A stretch of 64,000 bases of DNA. Origin: Antedon mediterranea. Lineage: Eukaryota > Animalia > Echinodermata. Each line of letters starts with the position of its first letter. Position 1 is the first letter of the stretch. Where the stretch lies: positions 2,688,101 to 2,752,100 of the forward strand of contig NC_092677.1 in the NCBI RefSeq assembly GCF_964355755.1, written 5' to 3'. The position numbers and the translations under genes are program-made. Under the pieces are notes generated by a model that saw only the letters and a program-made list of their open reading frames with translations, ran no database searches and was not told the origin of the DNA. Shown here piece by piece: positions 26,901 to 38,900 of the stretch.

Positions 26901-29900
26901 TTGTTTTACTGATTACTGATACATTTACATTTAATGTTAAATGTAAATAAATGAAACGAATGTAGATACAGAAACAAAATGGTAACAGATTCATTAACGT
27001 AATTATATGTATGTTTTCTTTAGGCCTACTGATCACCTGATACATTTACTTTTAATGTTAAATGTAAATAAATGAAACGATTGTAGATACAGAAACAAAA
27101 TGGTAACAGATTCATTGACGATATATATATTATGTATTTTTGTTTTATACGACGACTCGGCTATAGTTGGATACGATTATTCTCTGTACCTTTCTGAGAT
27201 TATTCGATTTACCGATTATGGCAACAATTTTCTTGAAATAAACATAAATAAACGAAAGAAATAAGAATTGATTTTCGAAAACATTGGTCTGACAGTATAC
27301 ATTACTTAAAGGAAAGGAGGCAGAGATTGTTAACAATTATAAGTATCTGGGAGTAGTGTTTGATTAAAGCTTAAATAGGTGGACATGTTGATCATATAGT
27401 TAAGAAGTTAAATACAAGGCTGACTGCTTGAGGAAACTCAATTCTTTGGGGTAAAGCAGGATATTTGTACTATAGAATGTTTTACTAATCAGTGATGTTC
27501 TATTTGGGGATATTGTATGTTGGGCTGAGAATATTTAGTAAGTGAATGTGGGGATCACCAAATTGAGAAGGTGCTGGGAGCGGGGAAAGTATAAATTGGC
27601 TTGTCTATGCAATTGCTTGACTCGTTCTACAGCGAACAGCTTGCCGATGTATTCCATGCTATATTGGAAGACATGAATCATCCTCTTCATTGCGACATTA
27701 TCAGCTCCGTTTTGCATTCGTTATTGTAACGTTTTGATGCAAAAGTTGTTCAATTAGAACATGTAGGCCTATTTCTACACAGAACGTTTAAATACGTGAA
27801 ATGTTCTGTGTTTTCTGGGAACAAAATGGTACAGATTCATTGACATAATTTTAATGTTTATTTGTTTTACTGATTACCTAATAATCAGTATGTGATAGAT
27901 CTTATTAAATGTACTACTGTCATCTTTGTTAAATATACTACTGTGTTATCGTTAGATAAATTATATTTTTTATTTGTAACTGGAATAAAAACTAATTTCT
28001 TTATAGGCCTATACTTTCTGTATCCGTAAAAAGTATTCAATATCCACCTTAGGGAATCCACCTAATATCCATTTTAGGGAATGATACCTAAAATTTATAT
28101 AGAAATAAAGAGCCATAATATACTGTATTAACTTGAAAGCTAAAATTGATTCTACAGCGTGTAGGGCGTAGTTGTTTTCCCTTTGTTGCTGAAACATAAT
28201 GCACTAAACAAAAGAACAAAAGCAGCAGTATTTTAACACATTAGCACACTCAAATAATAAATGGGACACCCCTATTTTCCCATCTTTTTATAATGGTATA
28301 GTCCATACAAGTCGAGGTGGCCGAAAACGGCACCTGATCCATTGTAAAATAAAGCCTGGTCTGCTAGGCCTATCTAGGCCTAGTAGGGCCTAGCTAGCAG
28401 GTATTATTAGTAGTAGGCCTGCCTAGCCTAGCTAGGCCTAATTGTGTGTTGGACCTAGCCTAGTCTAGTAGAGAGGCTGTGCTTGCTTGGCTAGCTAGCT
28501 AGGACTGGCCTAGTAATAGGAGGCTAGGTGCGAAAGTGCAATGTTTGTAGCGCCTTGTTATCATGTTATATAAAAGAAGTAGGCCTAGCCCTCCCTAGCT
28601 AGGCCTATATATAATATTTCACTTTGGTTGCTTTGCACATTATATTATTATTATTATGTATTGTAGATAAAATAGTTAAAGGATTGAATACAGAAGATGA
28701 CAGTGAACAGAAAAAGGCATTATCAAAAGCAGACAAGATGATTAAAGAGACCAGTAGTAAAATCAACAAGACAATCATTAACAAGACAATCATTAACAAG
28801 ACATCAGCAAACGGCATGGTTAGTTTTATGGTTACTTTTGGTACCGTGTTGTTGGTTGTGGCTTGCCATATAAATGAATAGATATTATTATAACACTATT
28901 TTTGTATCTTTGTTCTTTCAGGACGTAGGTGGGCTTCCACAGGGAATGACACAAGGTATAGCTTGAAATTAAAACACTAGGCTATTGGTCACTCAGGTGT
29001 TAATTTACAAAAATAATTGGTTGTTGTTTATGAATTAAGTTTCTAAACTATTTCTTCTATGTTGTAAATATGCACTAAATAATTGAATGTTTGAACCTTT
29101 ATTTCAGATGCTTTCATGGCATCAGTAGAAGCTGACGCAAGGGAGCGTGCTCAGAGACGTAAAGTTAAAACAAAACGAGCAACCGAGTGGAAAGAAAAAG
29201 GAAATCAGGAATTTAAGGCTGGAAAGTTTGAGAAAGCTGTTGAATATTATACTGAAGGACTTGAATGCCTCAAAGATATGGTAGTCCTTTACACAAATAG
29301 AGCTCAGGTATTTAAACTTATTTCAAAATGGGGATCTTTACATGATTGTAACCCACAATTCTTAAAATGTTGTCACTTGCTCTTAAATTATTGTCATAAA
29401 TTCTTAGAAAGTTGTCAATTATAATTAAATTATTTTCACCAATTCTTAGAATGTTGTCACTCTTAAATTATTGTCACCAATTCCCAAAATCTTGTCACTT
29501 ACTTTTAAATTATTGTCACCAATTCTTAGTAATGTTGTCAACTGTTAAATTACTGTCACCAATTCAACTTACAGTACACTTTAAGTTGTTGCTGACACTG
29601 TAATTTTTATTGAGTTTTTTGGTTACGTTACAGGCATTTAACAAACTAGCTCAATACAATGATGCCATAAAGGACTGTGACACAGCTTTGATCATTGATG
29701 ATAAAAACACAAAAGCTCACATTCAGAAAGGCAATGCTTACCTTGGTCTGTTACAGTATACAAAAGCAATAGAAACATATCAAGAAATATTGAAAATTAA
29801 CCCAAAACAAGAAAAAATAATAAATGGTAAGTAAACAAGTTAAAACAACAATGTGGTCTGCTGTCACAAAGTATATTCATAATTTGTTTTTATTACAAAA

Positions 29901-32900
29901 TTGAATTAGTATATAATATAATGATTACTAATTATTAATTTTCTTTTGTTAAGCATATTGAGGCTTTGTATAATACGCTATATAAACCCCATTTATTATT
30001 TATTTGTTAATGATGTAGGTTTTTTTTTAACTTTTAGATTATGTTCAGAAAGCATCCATGGCCATGGAAGCATCAGAGGCTGAAATGGCAGCCTCTAAAC
30101 TTATAGCAGAAGAGGACAAGAAAGCTTCAAATCTATTGCAACTTATTGAGAAACTGGGACAGACAGACAAACCGGTTGTTTACTATGTTGGTGGCTTGCA
30201 ACTCCTTGCAGCTCAAATAAATGATGGTAATCAAAACATGTTATTTACTTGTGAGTTAGTTAGTAGTTGGTTAGTTGTTAATTGATAATAGTTAGTTGTG
30301 AGTTAGTTGTTACTTATTTGTTAGTTAATTGTTAATTGATAATAGTTAGTTGTCATTTACTTGTTAGTTAGTTGTTAGTTAGTTTGTTGTTAGTTTGTTG
30401 TTAGTTTGTTAATACTCATTTTTATATATTTCTACACTCTTCACAGATATATCAAAGACGTTATTTCGTTCAAATTCTGGATTTGAACTGCTTTTTGACC
30501 AATCATACCTTAGCAAGAAAATTCAGCATGCTCCAGTGAGCACGGACACCGAGATCTGTGAGCTTGCAAGAGTGGCCGTACATGTCTGTGTACAAGTCAC
30601 AGCAAAACATGGTAAGAGGGACGTACTGTACATACAGCATAACAATTACTTAATAGTTTAATATCAAAATGTGTTGATAAAATAGTTATAAAACCACCTA
30701 GAAACTAAGTTCTTCTAAGTGAAATGTTTAAAAATCCTTTATAATTAAAGATCGTCTCCAATTAGAGACCACTTTACCTAACTGAAGTTAATGAACACAA
30801 AAGTATAATAGAAATGCTTTAGTTAGGTGATTCTAATAGAAGACCAAGACTGCTAAGAGGGAATAGTAAAAATGAGTTTTAAAATTAGATTAACATTGTT
30901 GTTAATATTATTATTCAACAGAAGTAAACACTAAGTACATACTTGAGCAAGATGGGTTTAATGAGTTCCTTCTCAACTGTCTCCAATCGACGACTAGTGT
31001 TCTGCTGAAAGAGGATTGTGCAAGATTCTTGTTCCAATTGTCACAGACCAGTCTAGCACGATCTATCATTATATCAAGGTTTGATACATCAAGGTAAATG
31101 AGTGGTTGGTAATTATTAGGCCTAGGATACATAGGCTTTTTGTTCCAATTGTCACAGACCAGCCTGGCACGATCTATCATTATATCTAGGCTTGATACAT
31201 CAAGGTAAATGAGTGGTTGGAAATGATTAGGCCTAGGATACATAGGCTTTTTGTTCCAATTGTCACAGACCAGCCTAGCACGATCTATCATTATATCTAG
31301 GCTTGATACATCAAGGTAAATTAGTTGGTGGTAATTATTAGACCTGAAGTATACATATACTCTTCGAAATGATCACATACTGTATGACCATGTGCAATGT
31401 GTTATATACATAGGTTAATGAAGAATTTGCGATTCATTTTTATTTATTTATTGACCAATTCACCTTTGGACAGTCCAAAAGCAAAACATAACAATTTGAA
31501 AAAGAAACAAAAAGAAGGAAAACATAATGAGAGGGGAAAAAAAAAACTTAGTTTGCTTTCATCATTTGCATGTAAATATTGTGTCCATATTGTGTCATTA
31601 TTTGTGAATACTTGTGTATAATTGGGACAGAGAGACAGACAGACAAATTGCATTTATGTTAAGAGATATTACAGTACTTGTTAAGGCTATACATGTTTGA
31701 ATTTAAACATTGTTTTCAATTTTATTAGGCTGATGTTGGGACTGATCAGCTGTGTTCAGATCTCAGAACAAGGAGCTGAAAATGCCATGAAAAGTTTAAA
31801 CAATCTTGCCCTAGAAAAACAGTAAGTACTAAGTCTTTTCTTCAACAGAGTAAGCAATTTAATTCATAATTCTATTCATTTGTATAACAGGGTAGTTTTG
31901 AGAACAGTTACGTAAACGTTTTTAAGCGAACTGTTGATAGGTGTTGTTAGCTTGTCTTGATTTATTAATCAAAACCTTTATATAGCATTATTTGTTTGTT
32001 CTTCAGATTTCTAGGTCTTGTACGTGTAGAAATGAAAACTAACCTATTACCTGCTTTTGAAGAGATTCTCGTAAGTTGTAAAGATTTCTTCTATGCCCAA
32101 ACATTAAGATATCATTCTGAGAATTCTTTATCAACCAGGCACAGATAGTGCAACTTGCATTGATAATTGGTGTCCATGAGTGTTGAGAGGAGAAATAATG
32201 TTGTCTTGAGAGGTGGTGGACTGGTGTTGTGTGTAATACCCACTGTGTGTAGTGGGGTGAGGTAGTGTTTTCTGATGGTTAAAGGGTGGGTGTTGGTGGT
32301 GTAAATGTTTGAGAGGGATGGTCATTTAATGGGTCAGAAAAAAGATATTAATTTTACAGTATGTTTATTTTTGTTATTTCTTTAGCTGCACAGTGAGTCA
32401 TTTAATAGTACTGTATTCCCATTGTGTATTTTATTATTTCTTTATCTGCACAGTGAGTCAGTTAATAGTACTGTATTCCCATTGTGTATTTTATTATTTC
32501 TTTATCTGCACAGTGAGTCAGTTAACAGTACTGTATTCCCATTGTGTATTTTATTATTTCTTTAGCTGCACAGTGAGTCAGTTAACAGTACTGTATTCCC
32601 ATTGTGTATTTTATTATTTCTTTAGCTGCACAGTGAGTCAGTTAATAGTACTGTATTCCCATTGTGTATTTTATTATTTCTTTATCTGCACAGTGAGTCA
32701 GTTAACAGTACTGTATTCCCATTGTGTATTTTATTATTTCTTTAGCTGCACAGTGAATCAGTTAACAGTACTGTATTCCCATCCTTTATTTTATTATTTC
32801 TTTAGCTGCACAGTGAGTCACTTAATAGTACTGTAATCCCATTGTGTATTTTATTATTTCTTTAGCTGCACAGTGAGTCAGTTAATAGTACTGTGTTCCC

Positions 32901-35900
32901 ATCCATTATTTTATTATTTCTTTAGCTGCACAGTGAGTCAGTTAATAGTACTGTATTCCCATTGTGTTAATTTTTATTATTTCTTTATCTGCACAGTGGG
33001 TCAGTTAACAGTACTGTATTCCCATTGTGTATTTTATTATTTCTTTAGCTGCACAGTGAATCAGTTAACAGTACTGTATTCCCATCCTTTATTTTATTAT
33101 TTCTTTAGCTGCACAGTGAGTCACTTAATAGTACTGTAATCCCATTGTGTATTTTATTATTTCTTTAGCTGCACAGTGAGTCAGTTAATAGTACTGTGTT
33201 CCCATCCATTATTTTATTATTTCTTTAGCTGCACAGTGAGTCAGTTAATAGTACTGTATTCCCATTGTGTATTTTATTATTTCTTTAGCTGCACAGTGAG
33301 TCAGTTAATAGTACTGTATTCCCATTGTGTATTTTATTATTTCTTTAGCTGCACAGTGAGTCAGTTAATAGTACTGTATTCCCATTGTGTATTTTATTAT
33401 TTCTTTAGCTGCACAGTGAGTCAGTCAATAGTACTGTATTCCCATTGTGTATCTCAACCATATCCAACATGACACATGATGACCATATTAGGAAACAAAT
33501 GTCAGCTGACAAGAATTTCTGGCAAGCTATGCTGTCAACTTTGGTAAGTAAGTAAGGATCTTAAAAGATTGCAGCCTTCTGATCAAAGTTCCCAATATTA
33601 AAAGATTTTTATTGGTAAATTATCATTATCTTTGAATAAAATAAAATATCCATAGAACAAGAGATCTTAAATGTGCCCATATATGGACATGATGATGTCA
33701 TATCACTACCTAATTTGGGCATATCACTACCATATTTGGACACATCACACTTTTTTGTCGAACTAGTTTGATATTGTAGACAGAGCATTGGCATCTACAA
33801 TGGTTATGCCAGGCACTTGGCAAAGGCAGAATATGCGTGAAGGCAATAAATTTTCACCTTGTTTGTTGAGCCCAAGTAATAAATTTATACAAAAATTGCA
33901 TTTAAGCAGATTGGCAGATGGCGCAAAATAATGGGAAACTCCTGTGCTTATCAGGAGGGTTGGGGGATCTGAATTATTTTTTTAATGATTTTGAACTTGA
34001 TATACATTTTTTCTTCAGAAAACCCATTGTAGTAAGATAAACAGAGAAGAAAGTGAAAAAGTGTTGGAACCTCTACTTGGTTTGTGTATGAACTTATCCC
34101 TTGAGAAAGTTCATGCTGAGCACCAGCTTACACTACCACTTACTAATTGTGTTGTACCGCTACTTAGCAGAACAAATCAACAATTGATAATGGTTTGTTT
34201 ATTTTGCTTTATATATCAACAGTATTACTTTTTAATTAAATGTTCTAATTAAAGAAAATGCTATTCTGATGTTACTATTTGCTAGTGTTCAAAAATCCTT
34301 TTCAAATATAGTTCAAATGTTAATAACCATACAATAGGCCATTATTGGACATAATGTGTCATTGGACTGTATAGAAACATGTATGTTCTGAATAATTTGA
34401 CACTAAAAATAATTTCATATGTACAATATTTTCAAAGTTATGCGATTTTATGTAGTGCAAAGTTCAAAGGTCAATAATGTTAGAATCGGCCATTTTTTGC
34501 AAAAACATGCCATTGGACTAAATATAAATATGTAGTTTCTGAATAGTTTGAGCCATATTGTGTGTCTCTCAGATAAGTGGTTGCTAAGATATGATAAATC
34601 AAGGTCAAAGGTCAATAATGTTAGAATCCGCCATTTTTTGCAAAAACATGCCATTAGACTGGATATAAATGTGTAGTTTCTGAACAATTTAAGCCCTAAT
34701 TTGTATATCTCCGATTAGTGGTTGCTGAGATATGATAAATCAAGGTCAAAGGTCAATAATGTTAGAAATAGCACTTCCATTCATTTTTGGACAAACTTTT
34801 TCATTAAAGTGAATATAAAAACATATATTCTAACGATTTTGACACCATAATTAAGTATCTGTGACTAGCGGTTTTCAAGATACAGAGTACGTTATTAAAA
34901 ATGGCGGCCATTTTTAATTATGCAAATTAGGCTACTTCCTGTTGTCGAAAAATGTCCTAACGTTGATAAATGTGTTCAGTAGGGTCTAAAGAACACATTT
35001 CATCAAAAAAACCTTTTCTTGCAATAGGCCTTACGGCGAAGCTGAAATGATGCCTGGAAAAGCAATCCCGTTCCTCATCAAGCATAATACTTTTTTACCA
35101 CATATACTGTTCTAAATAAATACTAATAGTACAAAAAGTAAAAGTTCCACAAAAAAATACCTGGCGTTTGGTAGAAAATTACCGTTAAAGTTGGTAAATA
35201 TGCTAACGATTTCTTACGAAATAGCGAGGCTGAAACAACTGGTGGCGCACTATAACTAGACTGTACTATTATTATCACGGTTTATAAGAAATATATAGGC
35301 AAGTTATTTATTATCAAAATAGATTTATTCTTTATTTTTTTAAATAAATTTGGTGAATACAAATTTATATTAACTCTAAAATTGAAATTTAGAGTTAATA
35401 ATTATCCCCCGACATTAAAACATTTATAATTACAAATGGCTTCAACTGTTCGTATAATGGTTTCTCCCGACAGGTAGGCTATTAATAGCAGTAGAAATAC
35501 AGCAGCAATATTACATAGTGACTGATATGATTTAACTGTGAAACATATAGAACACATATTCCTAGTAATAAACACCAATGCAATAGTAAATTTAAATTAT
35601 TAAATAAAATACAAACATCAAATATTTGTTTTGTTTCAATGTAATTGTATTTATTCTCATGGTTAATATTTTTCTTTATATTCTCATGGTTACACAATTT
35701 CTTTTAATGGTTACACAATTTCTATTTTTCTTTATATTCTCATGGTTACAGTTTTTATTATTATATTCTCGTGGTTAAATTATTTATTTATATTCTCATG
35801 GTTACAGTTTTTATTATTATATTCTCGTGGTTACATTATTTATTTATATTCTCATGGTTACAGTTTTTATTATTATATTCTCATGGTTATATTATTTATT

Positions 35901-38900
35901 TATATTCTCATGGTTTCCATTTTGTTTTCATTTTTTTTAAATCTTTTTTTTTATTCACATGCTCACAGTTTCTATTTGCATAACCATGGTTAGTGTTTCA
36001 TCACATTGGTTATAGTGTAGGCCTATTACATTACAGTTACTTTTTATGATGATTTTGTTGCATTCAAAACCGTATAAACAATATATTTCATATTCATCTT
36101 CCTTATAGTCTAATTCATCATCTTCAATGCCATAGTCTGGTGTGTCTTCTTTTTCTTCTTCTTCTTCTCTTGTCCTGTTTTCACACTCATCTCATTCACA
36201 CTCGAACAGTTAATCCTAGAGCAAGTGACTTTGGAGTCTGCCTTCTTCCTTTCCAAGCAAGGTACAGGATGTCCTGGCATATCGATAAAATTTTTGTTCG
36301 AGTTTCTTCAGTAACATCTGAAAATGAGGTTTGTATAGTATCTTCTGCAGCACCAACACACTTTGCGATTAGAGTAAACAACTCATATGGCACAATTTCA
36401 GATATGTCAACATCATTAATGTCCGCTGCTCTTGGAGGCCATTCACTCTGCATACCTTTGTTGGATTTGATGGCATTATTTACTATCGTACCTGCAACTA
36501 CATTTTATAGCATTGGGTGAATGAAACATAGTAATAATAAATTTATATAAAGCATATACTGTATTGTGTACAGCATTTATGATCGACACCACTTACTATC
36601 ATAACAGTTTTGTTTTTTGAGTGCATACAGCTTTCACCTCTTTGATCCACAGCATTTCCTTAATTATGCAATAACATTTATTGTTGTTATTTAAAAATAA
36701 ACCAATATATACAAGTTATTGTATTTTAACCGTACCTGCAAAATATAGAGTCCTTAGTTTGTCTCTATTGTCACCATCAGTGGAGATTTCGTGTGTTGTA
36801 GAAGTAGTTGGAATATCTATGTCATACTTTGATGATTCATCTGTCTCTGTTGTACTTTTTCCTGATGACAAAAATGGATCAGCCACAAATCCAGGGGATA
36901 CATTGCTAAAGTACACCAGAACTGATTCATTTCTAATTAAGAAAAAATAAATAAAATATTTAGTTTGACCAATCCACAAAAAAATAATTTTTTTTTAAAT
37001 TATCCCTGGTGAAAAAATCATTTAATATAAACACACTAAGCAACTAACCTTCTTGTGGGTGAATGGAAAATTAGGTTAGGATAATCCATCCTGAGCTTCT
37101 TCTTCAACACGTCTGATCTATAAATAACACATTAATTGATTATAATTAATTGTAACACAGAAACAATGAAGAAATTATTACAGTAACTGGATCTCAAAAT
37201 TATTTCATCGTTTTTAAGAAGGGATCGACAGCCTACCTTATAGTTGACAAGTAAACTTTTTCTGTTTTTTCAATTGATTTCATGAAAAGCTTTTGGAGTT
37301 TTGCGAGTCTTAGTATCTCCTGTCCATACTGTAACCGTTTATCAATTACATCTCTGCAAAATACCTTATAGCTTTGCTTATATGTTAAAAAAACACTTTC
37401 CAATTCCCTGTAAATAATAATAAATACTGTATTATTAAAATATATTTTAATATTTTATAGATTTTGGTGTTTAAAAATTCAACATTTAGACTGAAGCAAA
37501 TAAAAAAAAAATTAAAAATGTAAATTAAAAAAACCAACAGAGTTTTAGAAAGTTACGTTTTACTCACTTTCCAGAATCATGTCGTTTACGTGAATTAACA
37601 ACTATTTTGGTGTAGTTTTTGTAACATTGGTCATGATATCGCACTTCAATACAAGCACAGCTTTTTCCTCGAATGTCTTTTAAAATACTTTCGTCCTCTC
37701 TCATTTCTGCAGCTTTTCGCAACATTCCTGTCATAAATCAAATCAACAAAAGCAATAGTGTGTAAATTCCTAAATGATTGAAATGATATTTTGTTATGCA
37801 TAACTACAGCATGGAGATATAAAATGTATAGCTCCATGATTACACTATATAGCAAAGGTTCACATGGAAGAAATGTCCTGGAACACCTCATTATGCTGTA
37901 CAGTAGGAAGCTTTTCTAATTGGATTACATCAGTTGAGCCTGCAAAACTCATTATAGGATGGGGATTAGAAAGCAGATTGATTAATTAACCATATGTTTA
38001 CAAATTTCAAGGATAGGAGAAACAACAATAACAAGTGAATTTTTTTTCTTCAAATAATTACCTGCATCATCTGTTAAAGCCTTTCTTAATTTATCATGAC
38101 CTCTTTTGCCTTGGATCGTCACTAATTTGTCTTGCAATTTACAAATGATACATTTCTTTGGCAAAATAGTGGCTTTTTGAACCATTGCTGTGGCTGAACT
38201 ACTTCTCAAAAAATGCTTGGCCCTCTTAACTGGTGGCTCATCTGGGCTCTCACTGTCTCCTGCTTGGGATCTCTTTTTGGCAACTCTTGTTTCAGCCTAA
38301 ACATCAATTTCAACGTATAATTAATTTATACAGCATTTTATTTTGTCTTATATAGAGCCTATATTGGTATTTAACTAAAATTAATTTTGTAGCCTACTGA
38401 ATAATATATACTGTATAATATAATATGGCCTAGGCCTACGTAGTAGTACTGGTACTACAGAGTAGAAAGCCCAATCAACAACCAAGCACAGAAACTAAGG
38501 GCACAATATATAGATCTATAAGTAAGTGCAGTAGCACCCTATATACTGTATCATTTAACTATATTATTAACTCTTAGAGTATTCTGATAATAATCGAAAC
38601 CAAATATTACCTTTTTTAGTCGAGATGTATCAGTATATCGCCTGTAACAGGTAGCATGAAAACCTAAGCCTGGATGCTCGCGTACGACATCGTCAAACGA
38701 TTTACCTTCATCAGACATACCAAGCTCCGTCAAATGTATGGCGATTTCCTTGCCGTTTCCATCTAATTTTATCCAACTCTTTGAACAGAGCAACACTTTT
38801 TTCCATCGAATCTCAGTAATTGGACTGATAATTTCATTTGAATGCTTGTAAATTTGGAAAAAACATTTCAACTTTACTTTGTCTGAGCGAGAAGATCCTT

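Noticed and set aside
24108-28197. Duplicated small ORFs as a gene cluster
   Set aside because: They are AT-rich spurious ORFs inside the duplicated TIR element.
30911-31291. 126-aa repeat protein on the minus strand
   Set aside because: It is the antisense reading of the 111-bp triplication and TTC12 exon 8.
31891-31911. Extra TTC12 micro-exon (ACAG|GGTAG..C|GTAAAC)
   Set aside because: Not required, since exons 9 and 10 already join in phase, and the donor is weak.
32365-33452. CRISPR-like array or repeat protein (ORFs 32393, 32873, 33176)
   Set aside because: Units are contiguous with no unique spacers, there are no cas genes and the context is eukaryotic. The ORFs are off-frame readings of the minisatellite.
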